This document shows, piece by piece, positions 55,838 to 64,000 of a DNA stretch of 64,000 bases. Position numbers and translations under genes: made by a program. This DNA is from a virus, in the IMG/VR virus record IMGVR_UViG_3300048032_000927, positions 1 through 64,000 of that record; one strand, given 5' to 3'. Every line of letters begins with the position of its first letter. The first letter of the stretch is position 1. Under the pieces are notes generated by a model that was not told where the DNA came from, did not search any database, and worked only from the letters and a program-made list of their open reading frames with translations.

Positions 55838-56518
55838 ATGAAAATAGGGTTTGTAGTTACAACACATTATAGTGATATTTGTCCAACTGGTATGGATAGT
55901 ATTATTACTTACATAGATAGTTTCGTAAAGATAAGGAAGAATAATTATTTTCTCTACGTGATAGATAATACATCTGTAAAAAAAATAACACACCCTGAAA
56001 TGGAATTTTCTTGGTTTAATTATGAATATATTGAAGATCAAAAAATAAGTGGCTTAACAGGTGCTTGGAACAAAGGGATTAAAAAAGCAATTGATGACAG
56101 TTGTGATATTATTTTAAATACTAATAACGATTTAATTTTAAATGAATCAACACATTCGTTAATTGAGATAATATCAACGCATGAGCATTCTGATAAATCC
56201 TTATACGGTCCAGTTACAACTAGAGATGGTGTTTCTACTGATCATCAAGCTAGAAACGGTGTTGGTGATAGACTTATTGAAACATCAGATCATTACGCAT
56301 TAAACGGATTTTTTAATGCTTTTACAAAAGAATTTTTTAATAATTTTAATATAGAGGGTAATCTCTACAGTACCGATATAAAAGAAATGTGGTGTGGTCA
56401 AGAAGTGGAATTATATAACAGAGGTAAAACAAATGGTATGAAAAGTTTCATTGTAGAACATTGTTTTGTAGAACATATTAAACATAGGTCTTGGATATCA
56501 GCAAAAAATAAATTATAA
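55838..56518 (+). CDS. GT-A fold (GT2-like) glycosyltransferase
   Basis: YVIDNTS; GLTGAWNKG; ILNTNND; FVEH. Confidence 0.7.
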   Translation: MKIGFVVTTHYSDICPTGMDSIITYIDSFVKIRKNNYFLYVIDNTSVKKITHPEMEFSWFNYEYIEDQKISGLTGAWNKGIKKAIDDSCDIILNTNNDLILNESTHSLIEIISTHEHSDKSLYGPVTTRDGVSTDHQARNGVGDRLIETSDHYALNGFFNAFTKEFFNNFNIEGNLYSTDIKEMWCGQEVELYNRGKTNGMKSFIVEHCFVEHIKHRSWISAKNKL

Positions 56519-57513
56519 TGAAAAATATATTAATAACAGGAGTTGCTGGTTTAATAGGCAGTAGGTTAGCAGATTGGATAATAGATAATACTGACTATAA
56601 TGTAATTGGTGTCGATAATCTGAGTGGAGGTTACGTTGATAATGTACATGAGGGTGTTAAGTTCTATCAGATGGATGTGAAAGATTCGGCGATTGGAGAT
56701 ATTTTTAAAGAATATAAACCTATATATGTTTTCCACTTTGCAGCATATGCTGCAGAAGGTTTAAGTCCATTCATTAGATGTTTTAATTATGAAAATAATT
56801 TAGTAGCAACTACAAATATCGTCAATAATTGTATTAATTATGATACTAAAAGATTGATATTTACATCTACTATGGCAGTATACGGTAAAGGAAATCCACC
56901 GTTTAATGAATCTGATCAACCAAATCCAATAGACCCATACGGTGTTGCTAAATTTGCTTGTGAATCAGATATACAAATCGCTGGTGAACAACATGGGTTA
57001 GACTGGTGCATTATTCGACCACATAATGTTTATGGTATTAAACAAAACATATGGGATAAATATAGAAATGTTTTAGGAATATGGATGTACCAGCACATGA
57101 ATGATATTAGTATGACTATCTTTGGGGACGGTGAACAAAAACGAGCGTTTAGTTTTATCGATGATTGTTTAGAACCTTTATGGAAATCAGCAGTTAAGAA
57201 AGAAGCTAGTAAAGAAATTATAAATTTAGGTTCTAGTAAATTCTATACCATTAACGAAGCCAATAGAATCTTAAAGAGCGTGATTGGTGGTGGTAGTACT
57301 AAATATGAGAAAAAAAGACATGAAGTAAAAAATGCGCACCCAACATGGGAAAAATCAATGAGGATATTAGATTATCGAGACAAGATTTCGTTAAAAGATG
57401 GTTTAAATCTTATGTGGGAATGGGCGAAATCTCAACCGGATAGAGAAAGATTTGTTTGGAATAAATACGAAATAGAAAGAGGTATCTACGATTTTTGGAA
57501 AATAAAAAAATAA
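56518..57513 (+). CDS. NAD-dependent nucleotide-sugar epimerase/dehydratase
   Basis: ILITGVAGLIG; DNLSGG; FTSTMAVYG; PYGVAK (YxxxK); RPHNVYG. Confidence 0.9.
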   Translation: MKNILITGVAGLIGSRLADWIIDNTDYNVIGVDNLSGGYVDNVHEGVKFYQMDVKDSAIGDIFKEYKPIYVFHFAAYAAEGLSPFIRCFNYENNLVATTNIVNNCINYDTKRLIFTSTMAVYGKGNPPFNESDQPNPIDPYGVAKFACESDIQIAGEQHGLDWCIIRPHNVYGIKQNIWDKYRNVLGIWMYQHMNDISMTIFGDGEQKRAFSFIDDCLEPLWKSAVKKEASKEIINLGSSKFYTINEANRILKSVIGGGSTKYEKKRHEVKNAHPTWEKSMRILDYRDKISLKDGLNLMWEWAKSQPDRERFVWNKYEIERGIYDFWKIKK

Positions 57514-57530
57514 AACAAAGTTTAAAAATT

Positions 57531-58130
57531 ATGGAAAGAAGTGATATAATAAACAAGTATGTTGAAAATTATGGTTATGAGACATATTTAGAGGTTGGAT
57601 TACAAAGTGGTAGTAATAGAGATAAGATCAAAGTTAACCCTAAAAATAAAACCACTGTTGACCCTGATATTACATCTAATAACCCTACACACAGAATGAC
57701 ATCAGATGAGTTTTTTATGGGTAATAATAAAACATTTGATGCAATTTTTATTGATGGGTTACATTATTCCGATCAGGTATTAAGAGATATTTTAAATGGG
57801 TTAGAGATTCTTAATGAAGGGGGTACAATTTTTTGTCATGATATGTTACCTGAGAATGAAGATATGGCTAAAGTACCTAGAATTACAAGTACATGGACAG
57901 GTGACTGTTGGAAGGCTTGGTTTAAATTATTAGGTACTAGGGATGATTTAGAGATGTTCATTGTTGATACTGATTTAGGTGTTGGTGTTATAAGAAGAGG
58001 TAAAAATATACCTTTAAAAGAATTAAATATACCTATGGAGAATATGCAGTGGAGTCTATTCGCTGAACACTCAATAAAAAATACTATCAATAAAATTAGT
58101 ACTTCTGAATTTATTGAAAAATGGAAATGA
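57531..58130 (+). CDS. Class I SAM-dependent methyltransferase (Methyltransf_24-like)
   Basis: Probable start ATG 57531. YLEVGLQSG; TSDEFF; FDAIFIDGLH; GGTIFCHD; WTGDCWK. Confidence 0.85.
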   Translation: MERSDIINKYVENYGYETYLEVGLQSGSNRDKIKVNPKNKTTVDPDITSNNPTHRMTSDEFFMGNNKTFDAIFIDGLHYSDQVLRDILNGLEILNEGGTIFCHDMLPENEDMAKVPRITSTWTGDCWKAWFKLLGTRDDLEMFIVDTDLGVGVIRRGKNIPLKELNIPMENMQWSLFAEHSIKNTINKISTSEFIEKWK

Positions 58131-58828
58131 AACTAATAACAATATTCAATTTTCCCAATCAAAATAATTACAACAATCTTTGTCAATGGTGGATTAGTCA
58201 ATGCCTAAAAAATTCGGAATTAGATATTGAAATTTGGTATAGAGACAGCATTGATCACCTTAAAATTTTAGATAAAAGAATCAGGTGCATTAAAAAAGAT
58301 GAAGTCAAAATATCTAGTCTATTAAAATCAAACTTAATCTCAGATAAAGCTCAACATAATATTGGATTCAAGCTTTACAATCTTTGTCAAGAGTCCGATC
58401 CCTTTATATTTATAGACGCCGACGCTATTTTATTTAAAGATATTACCCCATTAATCAACGCCTCTAAAGATAAGCCTTTTATAGCTATAAACCACCAAGA
58501 TATACCCGGACACACTTCTCATATACCTTATAAGTTCTTAAATAGCGGGGTCCAGATTTGCAGTGACTCCAGTGTATTAGATTTTAATGAAATTGTTAAA
58601 GCCCAAAATCTTCATGATTATTTTATTGTTCCCGGCACGGATCAATCAATGCTTTGGACGTACTTTAACCATATTAAATATAATTATACGCACAAAGATA
58701 TTGGTCGCGAATGGAATAACTGCGCAGGATTAAAGAGTGGCGAAAGTGACATTTGCATAAACCATTATTGGTACAACTTTAAACCATGGAATATTAAATG
58801 TAAATTCTGGGAATCTTTTTTATCATAG
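58127..58828 (+). CDS. GT8-like glycosyltransferase
   Basis: FIFIDAD (DxD); FLNSGV; GTDQSML; EWN; INHY...KPW. Confidence 0.75.
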   Translation: MKLITIFNFPNQNNYNNLCQWWISQCLKNSELDIEIWYRDSIDHLKILDKRIRCIKKDEVKISSLLKSNLISDKAQHNIGFKLYNLCQESDPFIFIDADAILFKDITPLINASKDKPFIAINHQDIPGHTSHIPYKFLNSGVQICSDSSVLDFNEIVKAQNLHDYFIVPGTDQSMLWTYFNHIKYNYTHKDIGREWNNCAGLKSGESDICINHYWYNFKPWNIKCKFWESFLS

Positions 58829-58833
58829 CATAA

Positions 58834-59865
58834 ATGAAAAAAATAATTATTACAGGAGTCACAGGTCAGGACGGCAGTCATATGGCTGACTATTTATTAA
58901 AAAATACTAATTTTAAAATCTACGGAGCAGTTCGTCGTCTTAGTGTTAAGAATCACGAGAACATTTTACATTTAGAAAATGAGCCGCGCTTTGAGTTAAT
59001 AAATATGGACCTTAACGACGCTCATAGCATGAGAGATGTCATCATAGATCTTCAGCCTGATTATTTTATTAATTTCGCCGCCCAATCTTTTGTTGCCGGT
59101 AGCTGGGATTACCCAATCCAAACATGGGACACCGATGCAGATGCAGTTCTGCATATACTAGAATCAATCAGAAGATTTTCGCCAGCTTGTCGTTTTTATA
59201 ATGCAGGATCCTCCGAAGAATTTGGCGATGTTATTTATAGCCCCCAAAATGAAGAGCATCCATTACGACCACAATCTCCTTATGGCGCAGCAAAATGCGC
59301 GGCTCGTCATATTGTGAGGGTCTACAGAGAATCTTACGGTTTGTTTGCGATTCAAGGTTGGCTATTTAATCACGAGGGCACAAGAAGAGGTCTCGATTTT
59401 GTTACAAGGAAAATCAGCAACGGTGTCGCAAAAATTAAACATGCAATTGAAAGCGGTCAAGAAATTCCTACCCTGCAGCTCGGCAATATTGACGCTCAAC
59501 GAGATTGGACTGACGCAGAAGATTTTATGGAAGGAGTTTGGATGATGCTGAACAGAGACAAGCCCAAAAACTATGTTCTCGCTAGCGGCAAGATGTATAC
59601 TGTTCGTGAGTTTTTGAATGAAAGTTTAAAATGTGCTGATATTAAATTTATAGCAAAAGGCTCCGAAGAAAACGAAGAATATTATACCGAAGACGGCAAA
59701 CTAATCTTTAAGGTTAATTCAAAATTTTATAGGCCCGCTGAAGTTCATGAGCTTTGCGGAGATTGCTCTCTGGCAGAGCAGGAGATGGGCTGGACTCGTA
59801 AAACTGACTTCTACGGTTTGGTTAAAAAAATGTACGATAACGATTACAAGCTTCTCTCAAAGTGA
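58834..59865 (+). CDS. gmd: GDP-mannose 4,6-dehydratase
   Basis: ITGVTGQDGS; AAQSFV; SSEEFG; PQSPYGAAK; LFNHE; FVTRKI; LGNIDAQRDW; YRPAEV. Confidence 0.95.
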   Translation: MKKIIITGVTGQDGSHMADYLLKNTNFKIYGAVRRLSVKNHENILHLENEPRFELINMDLNDAHSMRDVIIDLQPDYFINFAAQSFVAGSWDYPIQTWDTDADAVLHILESIRRFSPACRFYNAGSSEEFGDVIYSPQNEEHPLRPQSPYGAAKCAARHIVRVYRESYGLFAIQGWLFNHEGTRRGLDFVTRKISNGVAKIKHAIESGQEIPTLQLGNIDAQRDWTDAEDFMEGVWMMLNRDKPKNYVLASGKMYTVREFLNESLKCADIKFIAKGSEENEEYYTEDGKLIFKVNSKFYRPAEVHELCGDCSLAEQEMGWTRKTDFYGLVKKMYDNDYKLLSK

Positions 59866-60806
59866 AAGAAAGTAAAGTCTTTGTGGCCGGCCATAGAGGA
59901 ATGGTCGGCTCTGCAGTATTAGATAATCTAAAATCAAAAGGCTACAATAACATAGTAACAAAGACTAGAAATGAAGTAGATTTAACTAGTCAGCAAGATG
60001 TTGATGAATTATTTGGTAATGAAAGCATCGATTATGTTATTTTATGTGCTGCTAAAGTTGGTGGTATATTAGCTAACAATACTTACAGGGGCGATTTCAT
60101 ATATGAAAATTTACAAATAGCCTCAAACATTATCAAGTCATCGCAAGTTCATGGTGTATCAAAATTAATCAACCTTGGATCTTCATGCATTTACCCAAGA
60201 GATGCAAAAATACCCATTAAGGAAGAATCGCTACTTACTGGTATACTAGAAAAAACAAATGAGCCTTACGCTATCGCTAAAATAGCGGCGCTTAAAATGT
60301 GCGAAGCATTCAATACTCAATACGGTAGTAATTTTTATTCACTTATGCCGTGCAATCTTTACGGTCCCCGAGATAATTTTGACCTTAAAACATCCCATGT
60401 TCTTCCGGCGTTTATTAATAAAGTTCATGCCGCAAAACTTTCGGGGCAAAAAGAAATAGAGGTCTGGGGTAGTGGCAAACCGTTAAGAGAATTTCTTTAC
60501 GTAGATGATTTAGCTAGCGCAGTAATATATTGCTTAGAGAATATTGAAGCTAAAGATATATACGAGCAAGGAATATCTCACATTAACTGTGGGTCTGAAG
60601 ACGAGGTTTCGATTTCTGAACTCATGTATATCATACAAGACGCCGTTAATTATAACGGTAAGATTGTCTTTGATAAAACGAAACCCGACGGAACCTTTCG
60701 GAAGAAAATGGATAACACAAGAATACAAAACCTAGGGTATAAAAATACTACATCATTAGCAGATGGAATAAAAAAAACATATTCTTGGTTTAAAAATAAT
60801 TTTTAA
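59862..60806 (+). CDS. fcl: GDP-L-fucose synthase
   Basis: VAGHRGMVGSA; AAKVGGILAN; LGSSCIYP; TNEPYAIAK; PCNLYGP; SHVLPA; WGSGKPLREFLYVDD; KPDG. Confidence 0.95.
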   Translation: MKESKVFVAGHRGMVGSAVLDNLKSKGYNNIVTKTRNEVDLTSQQDVDELFGNESIDYVILCAAKVGGILANNTYRGDFIYENLQIASNIIKSSQVHGVSKLINLGSSCIYPRDAKIPIKEESLLTGILEKTNEPYAIAKIAALKMCEAFNTQYGSNFYSLMPCNLYGPRDNFDLKTSHVLPAFINKVHAAKLSGQKEIEVWGSGKPLREFLYVDDLASAVIYCLENIEAKDIYEQGISHINCGSEDEVSISELMYIIQDAVNYNGKIVFDKTKPDGTFRKKMDNTRIQNLGYKNTTSLADGIKKTYSWFKNNF

Positions 60807-60826
60807 CAATTATAATCTAATTAATC

Positions 60827-61084
60827 ATGGCTACTAAAAGTAAAAAGCAAGAAAAAGCAGAAGCGACTGACGCTGAAGTTCAAAACGAAAACGCCGGAAA
60901 AACTTCTATAGTTTTTGACGATAAAGAATACTTCCTTGAAGATATGACTCAAGAGCAGCAAGCTATCATCAGTCATATTAGCGACCTAGAAGGAAAGATT
61001 CAAAAGGCGCAATTCGACTTAAATCAGCATAACGTTGGTAAACAAGCGTTTGTTGACATGCTAAAAAAAGCTCTAGAAGCTTAA
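60827..61084 (+). CDS. Small coiled-coil hypothetical protein
   Basis: 85 aa; IVFDDKEYFLEDMTQEQ followed by a helical segment, a pattern common in phage proteins. Confidence 0.65.
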   Translation: MATKSKKQEKAEATDAEVQNENAGKTSIVFDDKEYFLEDMTQEQQAIISHISDLEGKIQKAQFDLNQHNVGKQAFVDMLKKALEA

Positions 61085-61114
61085 TTTTGTCTTTTTTTAC
61101 GTGTATAATTCTGT

Positions 61115-62026
61115 ATGCGTAAAATAAAATCTCTAGTTACTGGTGGGGCTGGCTTCATAGGCAGTCATCTTGTTGAACGCCTGCTCAAAGCAGGGCACGA
61201 AGTCGTAGTGGTTGACGATGAGTCTTCTACTGCTAATTCAAATTTTAACTGGAGAGACGATACCGAGAATCATAAAGTTGACATTTGTGATTTCGATAAA
61301 CTTGAACCTTTATTTAAAGGAGTAGATTTAGTTTTTCATTTAGCTGCAAGATCAAGAATACAGATTTGCGTCCAAGACCCTTCTGACGCAGTTAAAAATA
61401 ATTCTCTCGGGACCGTTAATGTTTTGCAGTCTGCGAGATTAAACAAATGCAAGCGAGTAATGTTCGCAGGAACCTCCTCTTGCTATGGTTTAGCGAATCC
61501 TATTCCATTAACAGAGGATATGCCAAATGATTGTTTAAATCCATATTCAGTCAGTAAAGCTAATTGTGAAGAATTATGCAAAATGTATACAAAGCTTTTT
61601 GGGCTTGAAACTGTACTCTTTAGATTTTTTAATGTTTATGGCGAGCGCCAACCCTTAAGCGGAGACTACGCTCCTGTTGTTGGTTTATTCTTTAGGCAAA
61701 AAGAAGCTGGCGAATCGATGACTGTAGTTGGAGACGGCCTTCAAACTAGAGATTACACATATGTAAAAGATATAGCTGAAGCGATGTATCTGGCGGGCGA
61801 GTCTAAAAATAAAGAAATCATCGGAGAGCTTTTTAATCTAGGTACAGGCAGAAATCATTCTGTGTTAGATATAGTTAAACTAGTGGAAGGCGAATATATA
61901 CACATAGATGCAAGGCCGGGTGAAGCGCGAGAAACCTTAGCTGATAATACAAAGGCAAAGGCTATGCTTAATTGGAGCCCTACTCAGATATTTGAAGATT
62001 GGGTAAAAAATAACAGGCCTCAATGA
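61115..62026 (+). CDS. NAD-dependent nucleotide-sugar epimerase/dehydratase
   Basis: LVTGGAGFIGSH; VFHLAA; NPYSVSK; RFFNVYG; GDGLQTRDYTYVKD. Confidence 0.9.
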   Translation: MRKIKSLVTGGAGFIGSHLVERLLKAGHEVVVVDDESSTANSNFNWRDDTENHKVDICDFDKLEPLFKGVDLVFHLAARSRIQICVQDPSDAVKNNSLGTVNVLQSARLNKCKRVMFAGTSSCYGLANPIPLTEDMPNDCLNPYSVSKANCEELCKMYTKLFGLETVLFRFFNVYGERQPLSGDYAPVVGLFFRQKEAGESMTVVGDGLQTRDYTYVKDIAEAMYLAGESKNKEIIGELFNLGTGRNHSVLDIVKLVEGEYIHIDARPGEARETLADNTKAKAMLNWSPTQIFEDWVKNNRPQ

Positions 62027-62853
62027 AAATCGGCGTAATCGGTAACGGGTTTGTTGGTTCCGCAATTGCGAACGGATTCATTAATTATGACACAAAAGTC
62101 TTTGACAAGAATCCGGACATCTCAAAAAACTCGCTAGAAGAAGTATTATCTCAGGATTTTGTTTTCGTTTCTGTGCCGACTCCAATGAAGGATGCTATGG
62201 GTGCAGATTGCAATCTTTCAATAATAGAGTCTTGCTTTAATGAGGTAGAATCCTTGGGTTCAAACGCTGTTTTTATCATCAAATCTACTGTTCCAATAGG
62301 TACGACCAAATCCTTGCAGCGTAAACATAAAAACTTAAAGATAATACATTCGCCTGAATTCCTAACTGCTAAATTTGCTAAAGAAGATTTCATTAATGCT
62401 GATAGGCATATCATTGGATATACAAACAAGAAATCAATCGGCGAAAAAGCGATTAAACTTTTCAACAAAGCATTCCCAAATATACAAACAGTATTAATGA
62501 AAAGCGATGAATCTGAATCTGTTAAATATATTGCGAATTGTTTCTTTGCCACCAAGGTTAGTTTTTTTAATGAAGTATATTGTTTAATCGAAAAGCTTGG
62601 CCTTGACTGGCATTCAATTATTAACGGAGTTATCAGCGACAAAAGAATAGGTCAATCGCACTTTCAAGTTCCTGGCCATGATGGAGACAAGGGTTTCGGC
62701 GGAACTTGTTTCCCCAAGGATATCAATGCCTTAATTAAAACTTTTGAAAAAAATGGATTAGACCCTAAATTATTAACGGCGGCTTGGGATGTAAACCTCA
62801 ATGTAAGAAGTGACTTAGATTGGGCTAGATCAGAATCTGCGGTCAAAAAATAG
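62023..62853 (+). CDS. UDP-glucose/GDP-mannose dehydrogenase family protein (short form lacking the C-terminal domain)
   Basis: IGNGFVG; VSVPTP; IKSTVPIGTT; SPEFL; VKYIANCFFATKVSFFNE; GFGGTCFPKD (catalytic Cys). Confidence 0.9.
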   Translation: MKIGVIGNGFVGSAIANGFINYDTKVFDKNPDISKNSLEEVLSQDFVFVSVPTPMKDAMGADCNLSIIESCFNEVESLGSNAVFIIKSTVPIGTTKSLQRKHKNLKIIHSPEFLTAKFAKEDFINADRHIIGYTNKKSIGEKAIKLFNKAFPNIQTVLMKSDESESVKYIANCFFATKVSFFNEVYCLIEKLGLDWHSIINGVISDKRIGQSHFQVPGHDGDKGFGGTCFPKDINALIKTFEKNGLDPKLLTAAWDVNLNVRSDLDWARSESAVKK

Positions 62854-62881
62854 ATTGTTAATAACTCAGCAAGGATTGTTC

Positions 62882-62910
62882 TTGCAATACACAATTTTCT
62901 ATGTTATCAT
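62882..62910 (+). promoter_or_regulatory. Sigma70-type promoter upstream of nrdA
   Basis: TTGCAA-N17-TATCAT with TGn. Confidence 0.55.
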
Positions 62911-62973
62911 AGGAAAATCAGTCAAATATTTATTTTTTTTGAAATCCCAAATACCCCTGTGTAAAATAGCTTC

Positions 62974-64000
62974 ATGGACATAAAAGTTAAGAAAAGAAAT
63001 GGTCGCCTAGAAAACTTCGAAGTAGATAAAATCAACGCAAGCGCCCAAAGAGCATGCGAAGAAATAGAGGACGTTTCAGCGAGTGAAATAGTTCTCGACG
63101 CCCAACTTCAACTATTCGATAAAATTACCACAAAAGAGATAGATCAAGCTCTTATTTTGTCGGCCAGAGAGAAAATCGAAAAAGAACCAAACTATTCTTT
63201 CGCTGCAGCAAGGCTTTTATTGAATTGTCTATACAAGGAGGTTTTCAAAGAAGGCGTTGATTCTGACGCATTCAGACTACAATACAGAAAAAGCTTTATA
63301 CAAAACATTAAAAAACTAGTTAAACAAAATAGACTAGATAAAAGACTACTAGATTTTGATTTAAATAAATTATCAGAAGCAATAAAAATCAGGAGAGATA
63401 AAGATTTCAAATACTTAGGTATACAAATATTATTTGATAGATATCTCCTTAGATCTGAAGATAAAATCATGGAAACTCCTCAGGCTTTCTGGATGAGGGT
63501 TGCGATGGGATTATCTATTAATGAAGAAAATAAAGAAGAAAAAGCTATAGAGTTCTACAATCTCTTTAGTCAGTTCTTATACACTCCCTCTACCCCTACC
63601 CTTTTTAACAGTGGAACTACTCACTCACAGCTTAGTTCTTGCTACCTTAATACTTTTGATGATAGTATTGACGGCATTTTTGACGGCGCTTGGCAAGAAG
63701 CTCGAAAATCAAAGTACGCCGGTGGCCTTGGCCTTGATGTTACCCCTTTTCGTTCTACAGGTTCTCATATTCAAGGAACTAACGGTATATCTAGCGGCTT
63801 GGTGCCTTGGCTTAAAATATACAACGATTTACTGGTAGCAGTTAATCAGGGCGGGAAGAGGCCCGGAGCAGGGTGCGCTTACTTAGAGCCTTGGCATTTA
63901 GACTTTGAAGATTTCTTGAACTTACGCAGAAATACCGGAGACGATAGGTTGCGCTGTCATGATATGAATACAGCCGCTTGGATTCCTGACGAGTTCATGC
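62974..64000 (+). CDS. nrdA: Ribonucleoside-diphosphate reductase class I alpha subunit with N-terminal ATP cone (truncated by window end)
   Basis: Absent from the ORF track because it runs off the end. My translation from ATG 62974 gives MDIKVKKRNG...DRYL...ETPQ...PSTPTLFNSGT...QLSSCYL...GGLG...VNQGGKRPGA...YLEPWHLD...RRNTGDD...HDMNTA. Confidence 0.95.
   Translation, partial: MDIKVKKRNGRLENFEVDKINASAQRACEEIEDVSASEIVLDAQLQLFDKITTKEIDQALILSAREKIEKEPNYSFAAARLLLNCLYKEVFKEGVDSDAFRLQYRKSFIQNIKKLVKQNRLDKRLLDFDLNKLSEAIKIRRDKDFKYLGIQILFDRYLLRSEDKIMETPQAFWMRVAMGLSINEENKEEKAIEFYNLFSQFLYTPSTPTLFNSGTTHSQLSSCYLNTFDDSIDGIFDGAWQEARKSKYAGGLGLDVTPFRSTGSHIQGTNGISSGLVPWLKIYNDLLVAVNQGGKRPGAGCAYLEPWHLDFEDFLNLRRNTGDDRLRCHDMNTAAWIPDEFM

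Noticed and set aside
51911-62853. Bacterial chromosomal LPS/capsule locus adjoining a prophage
   Set aside because: No wzx/wzy/wzz/ABC export genes, no integrase or att site. The cluster shares the GTGTA element with the virion genes and is flanked by phage-type sigma, ssb and nrdA.
62889-62904. NrdR box upstream of nrdA (ACACAATTTTCTATGT)
   Set aside because: Too many mismatches in the conserved core of the NrdR palindrome and no second box.
94-63838. Numerous 60-170 aa ORFs antisense to or overlapping the long genes (e.g. 12484-12996, 15169-15672, 19063-19506, 62151-62642, 63192-63470, 63611-63838)
   Set aside because: They are shadows of well-supported genes on the other strand or frame, with no motifs or start signals.
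1-64000. Genome-wide stop-codon reassignment (TAG or TGA)
   Set aside because: Genes are full-length and densely packed under the standard code, and TAG ends several complete genes (58828, 62853). Only the local 4762 readthrough remains a hypothesis.
1-64000. tRNA, rRNA or other structured RNA genes
   Set aside because: Intergenic gaps are short (under about 150 bp) and none shows a cloverleaf or recognisable RNA motif by eye. tRNAscan and Infernal were not run.

Overview
The window is part of a large, AT-rich, tailed dsDNA bacteriophage genome. It has siphovirus-like architecture: a lambda-type M/L/K/I/J tail tip and no recognisable sheath gene. Positions 1-44.4 kb hold the virion module on the + strand: scaffold, decoration protein, major capsid, neck genes, four tail-tube-like paralogues, a 4098-aa tape measure protein and tail-tip or fibre proteins. 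A three-gene minus-strand cassette (probable tail chaperones) interrupts it at 3.8-5.8 kb. Positions 44.4-51.8 kb hold a leftward operon with a phage sigma factor, SSB, a Whirly-like protein, a putative annealase and GT4/GT9 glycosyltransferases. Positions 51.9-62.9 kb hold a rightward glycan-building cluster (GT4, GT2, GT47, GT23, GT8-like, methyltransferase, gmd, fcl, two epimerases, nucleotide-sugar dehydrogenase), followed by the 5' part of nrdA. The most striking feature is the tape measure protein. Its central ~1800 aa is a string of unrelated modules delimited by 12 copies of G-[FLY]-V-P-[ND]-[FY]. The modules include an R-S-E ADP-ribosyltransferase-like domain, two PD-(D/E)xK-like domains and tandem HTHs, which suggests an injected, processed effector polyprotein. 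Other highlights are a candidate phage-specific promoter (RTGTA, 14-15 nt before SD-less ATGs), a possible stop-readthrough chaperone pair, [S/T]-G enrichment in a tail protein next to the glycan cluster, and a GT9 split across two genes. All product calls come from motif recognition by eye. No searches were run and the host cannot be determined.
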